This document shows, piece by piece, positions 18,111 to 27,912 of a stretch of DNA of 64,000 nucleotides. This DNA comes from a virus, in the IMG/VR virus record IMGVR_UViG_3300027714_000008, positions 1 to 64,000 of that record. One strand, 5' to 3'. Under the pieces are notes generated by a model. The model was not told the origin of the DNA and did not search any database. It saw only the letters and a program-made list of their open reading frames with translations. The translations under genes and the position numbers were made by a program. Position 1 is the first letter of the stretch; each line of letters begins with the position of its first letter.

Positions 18111-19162
18111 GATGTATCTCCATCAATAATAGCATCCATATCTACTAAGGACTTATGCCCAATTTGATACTGTTTCATAATAAACTCCTTAAAGTCTGTA
18201 TTTTCAAATATAGGTTTCCAAAACTGTGTGTTAAGTGTATCTTTTTCACGCACTTTAGGGTCTTCTAATACGCCTGTTTCTTGATCAATTCGACAATACC
18301 ATCCATTAGAAGGTTTGCCTACATAATTACCAGCTAGGGCAACCTCTAATAGACCAGAATATTTTTCTACTCCACCATCCCACGACACAGTAATCGGTAT
18401 CTTAGATTTCTCTTTAACAAAACGAGACTTCTCAACATTAATCACAAAGTCATAACCTTCAATCTCTGTGCCTTTTTTATTCTGACGTCTGCCTAATATC
18501 CATATGTTATCAGCAGAGTAATATATACCAGTGCCACCAGACACAACTGCCTTAGAGAACATCTCTTGAGTTTGATATGTGTGATTGACTGCTAATAATG
18601 GGATATTTTTTATCTTCAAGTAAGGTGTGCACATACGGAACAAAGACTTTAACTGCTTTGCACGACTCATATCCGCAACTGATTTTTCGTCAAGAGCATC
18701 GTCTCGTTCTTTTTTAGAAGCCATATTACCTATAGAGTCAATAACAATAACCACATTGTCTTTTGTTTCTATGCCTTCTAGTTGTGACATGATGTCGTGC
18801 TTAAGCTGTTCTATGTCCATGATAGGCGTGTGCATTACACGTGTAGTATCAATACCAAATTGTTCGAAGTAAGATTGCGGTGAACCAAACTCTGAATCAT
18901 AAAATAACATTACTGCGTCTTTGTGTTTATCAAGATATGCTCCAGCCATTAATAATGCGAATGAAGTTTTAAAGTGCTTAGAAGGTCCTGCTAATACTGT
19001 CAATCCAGCATTTAATCCACCATCTACGTCACCTGATAATGCAACGTTCACCATAGGAACACTAGTCGATGTTTGCTCTTTTGTATTAAATATTTTCGAG
19101 TCTGCAAGAACATCTGTAGCTTTAATCCTGCTGTTAGTCTTTAGCTTGTCCATAATACTCAT
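18107..19162 (-). CDS. uvsX: UvsX RecA-like recombinase
   Basis: AGPSKHFKT, FYDSEFG, DSIGNMASKKE, SGGTGIYYSAD. Confidence 0.95.
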   Translation of the reverse strand: MSIMDKLKTNSRIKATDVLADSKIFNTKEQTSTSVPMVNVALSGDVDGGLNAGLTVLAGPSKHFKTSFALLMAGAYLDKHKDAVMLFYDSEFGSPQSYFEQFGIDTTRVMHTPIMDIEQLKHDIMSQLEGIETKDNVVIVIDSIGNMASKKERDDALDEKSVADMSRAKQLKSLFRMCTPYLKIKNIPLLAVNHTYQTQEMFSKAVVSGGTGIYYSADNIWILGRRQNKKGTEIEGYDFVINVEKSRFVKEKSKIPITVSWDGGVEKYSGLLEVALAGNYVGKPSNGWYCRIDQETGVLEDPKVREKDTLNTQFWKPIFENTDFKEFIMKQYQIGHKSLVDMDAIIDGDTS

Positions 19163-20025
19163 GTATCATTTCCTTTCGTTTCATAGTTAATATTCTGTGC
19201 TTTTTCTCTATCGTCCAAATTGTATTCTTTACGATATTCGTTATTAATTGTGACGACATTATCAAGAAGGGTGAAGCGATTAAAAGCTTTGTTAAATGCC
19301 TTAGTGTCTTTGGGAAAACAAGCACCACCAAAGCCACGCTTACCATCAAATCCAGGCACTTTGGTATGAGAGCCACCTATACGAGGATCAGCTTCTATGC
19401 CTCTTAGTATGCGCTTATATGAAACGTTCATAGATTCAGAAGCATCATACAACTGATTAAAGAACGTCACTTTAGTCGCTAAGAAAGAGTTGATTGCATA
19501 TTTTGCAAATGCCGCTTCTACTGGACTCATTTTTACTACCTTTTCCATATTACACATAGAGAAGACATCGTAAGCCCATAACAATCCATCAATAGCTTCT
19601 AATGTTCCACCAAATATATTAAACTTAGGTGACACAAACTCTGCCTTAGAATTGTTTTCTGTAAGGAACTCTGGGTTATACACAAATCTACTATCAGCTC
19701 CTAGCTGGGATGCTGTAAAAGCTAATCGTTGCATTACATCAGGTGTCACAGTAGACTTAATAGCAATGCCACTTTTTGTATGTTGTATCAGCTTTAAGAC
19801 AGCATCTTCAACAATAGTAGCGTTTACTACGCCAGTATCGTCCATTGGTGTAGGCGCACATATAAATGTGATGTTAGGTTGCCACTCTACTAGATCATCA
19901 ATGCTTGTATTATATAACGGATCTACATAGAACATTTCTACGTCACGATGTGTAAATCCGTAGTCTACAGCTTTACCCACAAAGCCGTGACCGACTATGC
20001 CTAGTTTAAATTTTTCTTCACTCAT
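19159..20025 (-). CDS. UDP-glucose/GDP-mannose dehydrogenase family
   Basis: GHGFVG, KSTV, NPEFL, KYAINSFLATKVTFFN, GFGGACFPKD. Confidence 0.9.
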   Translation of the reverse strand: MSEEKFKLGIVGHGFVGKAVDYGFTHRDVEMFYVDPLYNTSIDDLVEWQPNITFICAPTPMDDTGVVNATIVEDAVLKLIQHTKSGIAIKSTVTPDVMQRLAFTASQLGADSRFVYNPEFLTENNSKAEFVSPKFNIFGGTLEAIDGLLWAYDVFSMCNMEKVVKMSPVEAAFAKYAINSFLATKVTFFNQLYDASESMNVSYKRILRGIEADPRIGGSHTKVPGFDGKRGFGGACFPKDTKAFNKAFNRFTLLDNVVTINNEYRKEYNLDDREKAQNINYETKGNDT

Positions 20026-20084
20026 AATATAACCTCTTGTTAATATTTTCGACAGTATAACACATATGACACAGCTTGTATACC

Positions 20085-20753
20085 TTAAATACCATACTTT
20101 TCTTTATATTTTGCCCTGACTTTAATGAAATCTTTCAAGTAGTCGTAAGTTTGTTGACGAAATACTTGTGGATCATTGTGATCTACTGCAATAACAATAA
20201 CACTTTGTTTAATTACCATACCTGTTAACTCATACCATGCACACGCATAAAAAGAAGCCTGCATAAAGTAGTTCTGAATCCACTCCTCTTTCTTTGGTTT
20301 ACGAGATGTTTTATAATCAATAACAGACAACTCGCCGTCCCATTCTGCAATCAAATCTACTGTACCAGCAACTTCTAGTTTGTTACTATATAACGACGCT
20401 TCTTGCACATAGATATTATCTACATGCTTGTCTAGTATTGGCTTGATTTCATTGAATGAATGAATGTTATTTTGCGTAGCACCATCTTTCCAATCTTCCA
20501 TATTATTAACATAGTTTTCTGCCAACTGGTGAACCGCTGTCCCTCTTGTAGATGCTTGATATGAAATCTTATTAGCTTCTTCTGCTCCTACACGGGCACG
20601 CCAAGCCATGATAGAAGCTTTAGATTCTTCACTTAACACAGTAGTTACTGATGGATATTTCTTTCCCTCTGGTGTTCTGTAAGTTCGTCCTGTAGGTAAA
20701 GTTTCACAATCAAGTTCACCTATAAGTACATCCATGTCAATGTGCTTAAACAT
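20085..20753 (-). CDS. PD-(D/E)xK exonuclease (Cas4-like phage exonuclease)
   Basis: YPSVTTVL, RGTAVH, AGTVDLI, IDYKTS, QASFY. Confidence 0.85.
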   Translation of the reverse strand: MFKHIDMDVLIGELDCETLPTGRTYRTPEGKKYPSVTTVLSEESKASIMAWRARVGAEEANKISYQASTRGTAVHQLAENYVNNMEDWKDGATQNNIHSFNEIKPILDKHVDNIYVQEASLYSNKLEVAGTVDLIAEWDGELSVIDYKTSRKPKKEEWIQNYFMQASFYACAWYELTGMVIKQSVIVIAVDHNDPQVFRQQTYDYLKDFIKVRAKYKEKYGI

Positions 20754-21156
20754 CTCGCACTCTCTTTCTTAGATCAGTCGTAGAAAAGCGATGATCTCTT
20801 TTATTAAAATACAATTCAATGCCACGATTGCGACACACGTCTTTACCTGTAAATTCTTTTTGACGATATTCTTCACCAAGAACTCTGATGTCAATCGGAT
20901 ACATATTTATTATATCAAGTAAATCTTCTTCGGTACAATAGACTACCACTTCATCAACATACTTTATTGCTGACAGTTGGGCTTGTCTCTCTACAATACT
21001 TTGAATAGGAACGTTCTTTTCTTTTCTATCTACATTAGGGTCTACTTGCAACGCACAGATCAAGTAGTCACATTGAGACTTTGCTTCTCTCAACATGGCT
21101 ACATGACCTGCATGTAATAGATCAAACGTGGATGCAGTGAAGCCTATCTTTTTCAT
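20746..21156 (-). CDS. glycerol-3-phosphate cytidylyltransferase-like (TagD)
   Basis: FDLLHAGH, YVDEV, RDHRFSTT. Confidence 0.88.
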   Translation of the reverse strand: MKKIGFTASTFDLLHAGHVAMLREAKSQCDYLICALQVDPNVDRKEKNVPIQSIVERQAQLSAIKYVDEVVVYCTEEDLLDIINMYPIDIRVLGEEYRQKEFTGKDVCRNRGIELYFNKRDHRFSTTDLRKRVRDV

Positions 21157-21473
21157 TACATAATCAACGCTGATTTCTCTGGTACGATAACATTTCTTGT
21201 ACCTGTTGCTTCACGCCATGCATTTGCAATCGTAGGGTCAGTCTCTACCATGAACATCACACTCGTAAATTTAAAGGCAACTTCTGTCGGCTCTGTTGCA
21301 CCTGTCATACAGATACCAGGAACAAATGATAATGCAGAATCGCCAGCTTGTACTAGGCGAGGTTTGTATAGTATGTACTGGTCTTTCTGAGTTTTTGTGT
21401 ATCTGCCAACAATCTCTGCACCATTTGGCAAGACAATTGTTACAACAGTTACACCTTCTTTATTTAATGTCAT
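21156..21473 (-). CDS. Sm-like hypothetical protein
   Basis: VVTIVLPNGAEIVGR. Confidence 0.55.
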   Translation of the reverse strand: MTLNKEGVTVVTIVLPNGAEIVGRYTKTQKDQYILYKPRLVQAGDSALSFVPGICMTGATEPTEVAFKFTSVMFMVETDPTIANAWREATGTRNVIVPEKSALIM

Positions 21474-21483
21474 AGTTATTCCT

Positions 21484-22422
21484 TTACATATTTTTATAGA
21501 CGTACTCTAAAGCACGATCAGCTTCTTTATCTAGTGGGCGATTTTCGTACCAATTACCATTTTCAAGATCAAACTGTTGACACAGTGTAGCAATCTCGTA
21601 TGCGCTAATAGGGTATTTGCTTTTTGTTGCATTGCCAGCTGTTGCAATCATTATGGCATACATCTTACTGTACCAGCCTGTTGATGTTATAGACGTGTAT
21701 TCTGCCGCAAGCTTTCTAGGCCAAAACGGACAATTCTGATATGACGACCATTCATATGTCGCATCCATAGAATCTTTACGATATTGTACTATTTGCGACT
21801 GTATGCCTGATGGTAGACGATCAAAGAAACTGTTTGAACTAGAGCGTTCAGGCATAGGATGTTTTGCTATTAGCCCATCGGGGTCTATGTCTGATCCATC
21901 AAGGTGACTAAAAATAAAATTATTAGCTCCTTTATACTTTGCAGGGATGTAATACATACGAGATAAATCTTTAGTCTGTCTATCACCTAGATCACCTAGC
22001 TCTGTCTGTAAAGCATACCACAACTTCTTTATATCATCTTTGTGTACATCACAAGTAAGGGGAAACACTAATCGAAACTTTGGTTGTGCTTCTGTACTGC
22101 TTGCCGTACTGTAACAAATGAATCTATGTTCTTTGAAGCGTGTTTTTAAAATAGTCTCCACGTCACCATCAAAAACCATATCATCTACATCTACTGCCGC
22201 CCAACTTGCCCAAGTTAATACACTGTCATTTTTGCGTGTAGTATCTGTAGAGTAAGTAGCAGGCGACATTAGTTGGGCTGACTTTTTATCAGGCAACTCA
22301 ACAGTAGATAGTTTATATAGAAGACGTTCAAACTGGTCAAAGCTCTTTATATCGACACGCTTGTCTGTCTTAGTATCAAAGAGACTGTTAAACAGTGTCA
22401 ATGAGTAATTCACATCTTTCAT
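21484..22422 (-). CDS. AEP-superfamily primase/prim-pol-like protein
   Basis: AAVDVDD, YSTAS...PKFRLVFPL, KDLSRMYYIP. Confidence 0.65.
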   Translation of the reverse strand: MKDVNYSLTLFNSLFDTKTDKRVDIKSFDQFERLLYKLSTVELPDKKSAQLMSPATYSTDTTRKNDSVLTWASWAAVDVDDMVFDGDVETILKTRFKEHRFICYSTASSTEAQPKFRLVFPLTCDVHKDDIKKLWYALQTELGDLGDRQTKDLSRMYYIPAKYKGANNFIFSHLDGSDIDPDGLIAKHPMPERSSSNSFFDRLPSGIQSQIVQYRKDSMDATYEWSSYQNCPFWPRKLAAEYTSITSTGWYSKMYAIMIATAGNATKSKYPISAYEIATLCQQFDLENGNWYENRPLDKEADRALEYVYKNM

Positions 22423-22450
22423 AAGTTCACTTTCTCATAATAATTTTACT

Positions 22451-22479
22451 ATTATAGCACAGTCCATTCGTTTTGTAAA
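22451..22479 (-). promoter_or_regulatory. TTTACA-class promoter
   Basis: TTTACA-N17-TATAAT. Confidence 0.7.
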
Positions 22480-22485
22480 GTATGT

Positions 22486-24960
22486 TTATCCAAAAAAATC
22501 ACTTAAGTCGGATACAGGCTCATCAGTCCAACCCAACGCATCAAGGAACATTGTCATAGGCTCTAAGAAAGATTTCTGAAACTGCTTATCGTAATCTATG
22601 TACGGATGCAAGTTCAGCTCTTTAGGAAGCTCATTAGGATATGCAATCACATTCTCTCTAATAGGGTTCGGAGTTTTTAAATACACGTACTTAATCTTTT
22701 CTCCGTCTTTAATATAATCGTACTTCTTGTGCAAGTTATTCTTCTTTACGTGATGGTTATACAACAAAGAGCCTCTGGCATTTATCGGAGTACCTTTTGC
22801 ATATATCTTTGTCTTATCTTCCCACTTACCTATATCTGATACACCACGTGGTGAACTCACATCCTCAGGTGGAAGACTATTAAATTCTTTACGAAAGTCT
22901 CTGATAAAGTCCTGTGTTTTCGTTTCTTCACCTTCAAGGATAACATGGAACACTTCTTTAAACTTATCACGACACACTTGCGGTGTAGAGGACTTAATAG
23001 CCTCGACACCCATAATCTTATGCTTTGGTATTGCATATTGCACACCCTCAGAGTTATGTACGTTTAGAATGTAACGTTTCTTTGCCAACCAAATACCACG
23101 ATCAGCAATAACTTCTCTATCCATTTCCATACGATCACCGAGACAATTTAGATCAGTACGCATCTTACTTAACATTTTAGCAAACGCTGGTTCGAAATGT
23201 GCCTTGCATGATTTGTCTATGAACTTGACTGCACGATCATGTGTAACACCAAACTTATTCACAAAGTCATTCATATTAACATATACTGAATCTGTATCAA
23301 TAGCGATAACATAATCTGTATTCTTTGTGCCTAAGACTTTATTTAACTCGTGGTTGATAACCTTTTCACACGACTTAATAACATGTTGACCTGTGACTGT
23401 CACACCTTCTGCAATACGCAAATCAAAGTAACGATAATACTTATTACCCATCGCACCATATAGACTATTCATAAGAATTTTAATAGCCATTTGACGATTA
23501 GTCAAAGTAGCAATCTCACGCTCAAGTTCTTTGGTAGGTGTTATTTGGTACTCTGACTGCGCTTCAAGCATACGTGTCTTAGAACGCTTACGATCATCAT
23601 AGTATTCTTCAATAAGAGAAGGCATAAAACCTTTCTTACTATTGTCAAAACGCTGACCTGTCGCAGCCATAGAATGATTACTATCAGGATCTATGGTCAA
23701 CGTTTCTGGTGACATATTCCATTGTGCAATTATGTTAGGATATAGAGACGCAAGGTCAAAGCTCACAACCCAATCATACATGCCAGGGGTGACATCTTTG
23801 ACGTAGCCACCAGGAAATGTACTATCGATAGACGAAAGGACTTTATGTGATTTTGCACGTGGGACAACAATGTTTTGATCATGTAATGCTCTATAGACAA
23901 TACTATCCCATATTGCAGTCGTACCGAAAACTTCAGACAAATTACATCCAGCCTTATAGCCCATAGTCAAGGCTAATCCCATCAAGTCAATCTTATCGTC
24001 TATACGCTCAATAAGCTCTACGTCTTTTACATTATAGTCTATGTAAAGTTGGTGGTTTTCTTTGTATAAGTTGCGAAGGCTACCGAACTCTTCATAAGAC
24101 AACTTCTTTTCACCTACCACAACGTGGGCAATATGATCTAGGCGATACGACGCCTGAGGTCCGAAACTGTATCCAAACTTTTGAAACAAGTCTAGGTAAT
24201 CTAATTGATTGATACCCATGAGTTGATAAGATTTCATCTCTTTGAATTTAAGACGTACAGTCTTTTGACGCACATCATTCCAAGGAGACATACTCTTTGA
24301 AGAAATATCCATATCGTGTTCTAAGGCAAGTCGCTCAATACGATTGACTAGATAAGGCACATCAAAGAAGCGGATATTCCAACCTGTGATAACATCAGGA
24401 TAGTCTGCTTTCCACCATGTAATCCACTTAGTAAGTAAATCAATTTCGTCATTACACCTATGGTATTGTATAAGAAGATTCTTGTGCGGAGATTTATTAT
24501 AATCGTACTCGCCACAACCCCAAACATGATAGATGCTATTACGAGAAGACTTACAACAAATAGCCGTGACAGGATGTAGAGCGTCTTCTGGCTCAGGAAA
24601 CCCATCTTCAGAATGTACCTCAATGTCAAAGTTGACAATGTTCATATGCGACTTCTTAAAGTTTACTTCACCAGGGAACTTGTCTTGAATGAATTGCATA
24701 ACAACTCTGTCCATACCATGATATGTAGGATTTGCCACTTCTGATTGTTCTTTAATAAAGTCTCGCATTGCATTGGGAGAGCCAAACGTTCTAGGTTTAA
24801 CATCATCACCATACATAGATTTCCAACCAGTGTCTTCGGCAGATGGAAAAAACAATGTCGGTTCATAACTGTACTTGTTTGATATAGGACGTCCTAAATC
24901 ATTGTAACCTCTATAGGCAATACGATTACCAATAATCTCAACTGATGTGTAAAAACTCAA
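22486..24960 (-). CDS. 43: family B DNA polymerase gp43 (TTG start)
   Basis: FDIEV, GWNI.FFD, SFDLASLYP, KILMNSLYG, IDTDS. Confidence 0.96.
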   Translation of the reverse strand: MSFYTSVEIIGNRIAYRGYNDLGRPISNKYSYEPTLFFPSAEDTGWKSMYGDDVKPRTFGSPNAMRDFIKEQSEVANPTYHGMDRVVMQFIQDKFPGEVNFKKSHMNIVNFDIEVHSEDGFPEPEDALHPVTAICCKSSRNSIYHVWGCGEYDYNKSPHKNLLIQYHRCNDEIDLLTKWITWWKADYPDVITGWNIRFFDVPYLVNRIERLALEHDMDISSKSMSPWNDVRQKTVRLKFKEMKSYQLMGINQLDYLDLFQKFGYSFGPQASYRLDHIAHVVVGEKKLSYEEFGSLRNLYKENHQLYIDYNVKDVELIERIDDKIDLMGLALTMGYKAGCNLSEVFGTTAIWDSIVYRALHDQNIVVPRAKSHKVLSSIDSTFPGGYVKDVTPGMYDWVVSFDLASLYPNIIAQWNMSPETLTIDPDSNHSMAATGQRFDNSKKGFMPSLIEEYYDDRKRSKTRMLEAQSEYQITPTKELEREIATLTNRQMAIKILMNSLYGAMGNKYYRYFDLRIAEGVTVTGQHVIKSCEKVINHELNKVLGTKNTDYVIAIDTDSVYVNMNDFVNKFGVTHDRAVKFIDKSCKAHFEPAFAKMLSKMRTDLNCLGDRMEMDREVIADRGIWLAKKRYILNVHNSEGVQYAIPKHKIMGVEAIKSSTPQVCRDKFKEVFHVILEGEETKTQDFIRDFRKEFNSLPPEDVSSPRGVSDIGKWEDKTKIYAKGTPINARGSLLYNHHVKKNNLHKKYDYIKDGEKIKYVYLKTPNPIRENVIAYPNELPKELNLHPYIDYDKQFQKSFLEPMTMFLDALGWTDEPVSDLSDFFG

Positions 24961-24984
24961 AACGCAAACTCCTTATTTGTAAGC

Positions 24985-25013
24985 ATTGTATCATAATTTA
25001 GTATACTTGTAAA
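24985..25013 (-). promoter_or_regulatory. TTTACA-class promoter for gp43
   Basis: TTTACA-N17-TACAAT. Confidence 0.7.
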
Positions 25014-25014
25014 G

Positions 25015-25668
25015 CTATATAATATATTTGATACTCGTTGCTTTCATTTTGTACTTCCGTCTTTCCTTCTTATTGAGAGGATATACGAATATGTGTTTGC
25101 CTTTACTATGAACGTACTCTGCTTCGCCGTTCTCTAGCTGTTCCTTAATTTTTTGTGCGTATGGTTTAAGACGCCTCTCGCCATTCTTAGGTGTGTAGTA
25201 CGTCCGTATTGTCTTTTCGTGATACAGACGATCATTACCTTTAATCTTTATCGATCTACCCTTTGCAGTCATACCCAAATAGTAAAAGTTTGATGCATAG
25301 TATATAGTGCCTACATGACCTTGCATACTGTCAGCATAACTGACAACAACTTTACAGTCTGTGTTCTGTCTCAACCAATTGATTGTCTGAGATATGAAGT
25401 AACTTTCGGTATTCTTCGGAGTATCATCAATACAGCACAATCGTCTTAGTTCAACAACGTCTGTTTCAACTTCCCCATACTTCTTCCAAACACTTGCCAT
25501 GCCTAGATACCCATATATCATAACACCAATCATTTCAGCCTTATCAAAAAGACCGAAACAGAAACGAGTAGCCAAGCCATTTGTGTTCTTGGAGTAATGC
25601 CAATCAACAACAAATGGTGTAGCTTCTTGTATAGTTATTGGTGATACAGTGTAATCCGTAACGCTCAT
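25015..25668 (-). CDS. Mom-family GNAT DNA-modification protein
   Basis: WHYS, ELRRL, PKNTESYFIS, SYAD..QGHVGTIY.ASNF.YLG. Confidence 0.75.
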   Translation of the reverse strand: MSVTDYTVSPITIQEATPFVVDWHYSKNTNGLATRFCFGLFDKAEMIGVMIYGYLGMASVWKKYGEVETDVVELRRLCCIDDTPKNTESYFISQTINWLRQNTDCKVVVSYADSMQGHVGTIYYASNFYYLGMTAKGRSIKIKGNDRLYHEKTIRTYYTPKNGERRLKPYAQKIKEQLENGEAEYVHSKGKHIFVYPLNKKERRKYKMKATSIKYII

Positions 25669-25686
25669 TACAATCTTCCTTATGAC

Positions 25687-25851
25687 TTACAAATCTACCT
25701 TTCTAACAACTTCAATCATAGCCGTGTTTCCGTCATCATAGGTGACTTCATGCAGTTCAGTGCTTAATTCTTTGCTTAAATCTATGGCTGCACGAACAAG
25801 TCTGCGACTTACTTCTACTCTTGTACCAACTTCATTTAATTGCTGTTTCAT
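25687..25851 (-). CDS. 54-aa hypothetical protein (not in ORF track)
   Basis: GGAG RBS; MKQQLNEVGTRVEVSRR... Confidence 0.5.
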   Translation of the reverse strand: MKQQLNEVGTRVEVSRRLVRAAIDLSKELSTELHEVTYDDGNTAMIEVVRKVDL

Positions 25852-25919
25852 AATATACTCCAATGTGTTTTAAGTGACAGGCCAAGTATTTGGCCTATCA
25901 TAGTAGCTATATATACCAC

Positions 25920-26120
25920 TTAGAAGAAGCGTCTACGCCTAACATAGGGTTCTTGCGACATGGCGATAGTCTCGATGTCGCCTCTGTAGATACCTATATC
26001 TCTTAGCTCATAATCTGTAAGCGAAGATAAGTCTTTTATCGTTCTGCGATAGTCGGCAGGTTTTTGTGCAGATAATACGACACCGGATATTGCAGATGTG
26101 ACTGCTGTTAAAAGTTTCAT
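25920..26120 (-). CDS. DUF1127 (YjiS-like) small protein
   Basis: YRRTIKDLSSLTDYELRDIGIYRGDI. Confidence 0.88.
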   Translation of the reverse strand: MKLLTAVTSAISGVVLSAQKPADYRRTIKDLSSLTDYELRDIGIYRGDIETIAMSQEPYVRRRRFF

Positions 26121-26353
26121 TTCTTCAAGTCCTCTAATTTACCTTCATTCACTGCTGTATACACTGCATGGAATGAATGCGTCTTGTAGTAATCTTTTTC
26201 ATGCAATAGTTTTGCAATGTAGAAATTGGCGTGTATTTGACGAGCCTCAATCAGAGATTCAAGACAACCTTTGAAAAAACGGCACACTGCCATGATCGCA
26301 TCAGTTAGGGGATTCGTTAAGTAGTTGTTTACTAGTAGTATTGTATGTGTCAT
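26117..26353 (-). CDS. hypothetical protein in the hsp20 operon
   Basis: GAGG RBS before MTHTILL. Confidence 0.55.
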   Translation of the reverse strand: MTHTILLVNNYLTNPLTDAIMAVCRFFKGCLESLIEARQIHANFYIAKLLHEKDYYKTHSFHAVYTAVNEGKLEDLKK

Positions 26354-26783
26354 TTTTGGATTCCTCGTTTTTTCCAATGTTAATTTTACGAGGACGCTGA
26401 TCTTCTGGGATAACATACTTCAAGTTAATTGCGAGTATGCCGTCTTGAATATCGGCTCCATGCACTTCTACGTGCTCCGACAGTCTAAAGGTTCGTCTAA
26501 ACTTCTTCGTAGATATACCACGATGTACGAAGTCTCTCCCCTTTGATATATGCTCACCAGTTATGCTCAATGTTCGATCTTTCACTTCTATGTCGAGTTC
26601 ATCTTCACCGAAACCTGCAACAGCCAATTCAATCAAAAAATCTGATTGTCCAATTCTGATGATGTTATGAGGTGGGTAATGATCTTTTGCATGTCTTGCA
26701 ACATGGTCTAGTTCGCTAAAGAGGTGGTCAAATCCAACGAATGATGCACGTGGAAATAATGTGGTGTGAGTTAAGCCTGTCAT
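26301..26783 (-). CDS. small heat shock protein Hsp20/IbpA
   Basis: VGFDHLF, YPPHNI, IELAVAGF, HRGIS, DGILAI, PRKINI. Confidence 0.93.
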   Translation of the reverse strand: MTGLTHTTLFPRASFVGFDHLFSELDHVARHAKDHYPPHNIIRIGQSDFLIELAVAGFGEDELDIEVKDRTLSITGEHISKGRDFVHRGISTKKFRRTFRLSEHVEVHGADIQDGILAINLKYVIPEDQRPRKINIGKNEESKNDTYNTTSKQLLNESPN

Positions 26784-26878
26784 TTAGTTTCTCCTTAATT
26801 ACAAGCAAGATTTATGAGACCAGATTTCTGCATCTCACGTATATTAGACTACTACAAATTGTTCATAGTTAGTCTGTC
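26784..26878 (-). promoter_or_regulatory. putative ROSE-like RNA thermometer in the hsp20 5'UTR
   Basis: UCUUGCUU can pair with SD AAGGAGA; two further upstream hairpins. Confidence 0.65.
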
Positions 26879-26880
26879 TG

Positions 26881-26911
26881 TATTTATATCAGAATTATAA
26901 AGGGATGTCAA
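26881..26911 (-). promoter_or_regulatory. composite sigma70/late promoter
   Basis: TTGACA-N17-TATAAA whose -10 is part of TATAAATA. Confidence 0.7.
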
Positions 26912-26941
26912 CCTTTTTTTTATTTCTAAGTAAGAAAGAAT

Positions 26942-27508
26942 TTATATGTAAGTAGAAGGATCTATGTCACCTTCTACTCCGAATGAAAAGCCTACACGCG
27001 CACAATGTGGTTTAATCAAATGCCATGTGCCACGTGGTATCCATATTAGATCACCAGGAGTAAACACCTTGTCAAACTTCACGACACCAGTTGACCAATC
27101 AGTAATTGCGTCTATTGTATAGTCTTTCCAGTCTTCTGATTCCCATATACTCCAATTAATACTACCTATGACGTTAAGAAACAACACATCTTCTTTATCT
27201 CTATGGACACTATGGCTTTCACTATCGGAAGTGAACCCTGCAAATCCATACAAGGTAATATGGTTTTTATGAAACGTTTTTGTTAGGGCTTTATGAATAT
27301 CCTTAGCAAAAGATGGTGTACCACTTCGTAAATGCATATCACGTAAAGTTACACGTTTCCTATGATTAACCCAATCCGTTAAAGTTAAAGGATGCGATAC
27401 CAAATACTTTGTGAAGTCATACATATCATAGTCAATTGTGTCATAAGGTTTACTGCAATAATAATCCCTATTCCTGACATGCGTTAAGAATGTTTCATCA
27501 AACATCAA
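26942..27508 (-). CDS. JmjC/cupin-like oxygenase
   Basis: HRD.EDV, PGDLIWIPRGTWH. Confidence 0.75.
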   Translation of the reverse strand: MMFDETFLTHVRNRDYYCSKPYDTIDYDMYDFTKYLVSHPLTLTDWVNHRKRVTLRDMHLRSGTPSFAKDIHKALTKTFHKNHITLYGFAGFTSDSESHSVHRDKEDVLFLNVIGSINWSIWESEDWKDYTIDAITDWSTGVVKFDKVFTPGDLIWIPRGTWHLIKPHCARVGFSFGVEGDIDPSTYI

Positions 27509-27912
27509 CCATTACCGATATTGTATTTCGGACATAGCTCCCAATTAGTCTTTTCTTTATAAGGAATGATTTTAATCTGTCTTAATGGTGCACAATCTAA
27601 TTCAACTTTTACAGCGAATGAGACTAGACCCCAATCACTAAGCAAAGTTGCAATTGTATTCCTACGATTAATATCATTCTCTTCAAGATTAGCTTTCTTA
27701 CCATCAAGTAAAAACAACTCTTTAAAGTGTACAATAAAATACCTACCTTGCTTATGCAAGATGTGGCATGACTGATACAGTTTATTTTCTTTTCTTGATG
27801 CCACACCAATACGTGTTAGCGTTTCACGAACTTTTAAAAAGTCGTCTGGTTCATTTAATAAGATCTCTAACATATCTGTAGGAGTCCAATGAACTATTTT
27901 ATTTTCTTCCAC
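27505..27912 (-). CDS. regA: translational repressor RegA
   Basis: DDFLKVRETLTRIG, LYQSCHILHKQGRYFIVHFKELF. Confidence 0.96.
   Translation of the reverse strand: MEENKIVHWTPTDMLEILLNEPDDFLKVRETLTRIGVASRKENKLYQSCHILHKQGRYFIVHFKELFLLDGKKANLEENDINRRNTIATLLSDWGLVSFAVKVELDCAPLRQIKIIPYKEKTNWELCPKYNIGNG

Noticed and set aside
20085-20753. Cas4-like nuclease as CRISPR adaptation
   Set aside because: Standalone exonuclease typical of T4-like replication modules; no array or cas1/cas2
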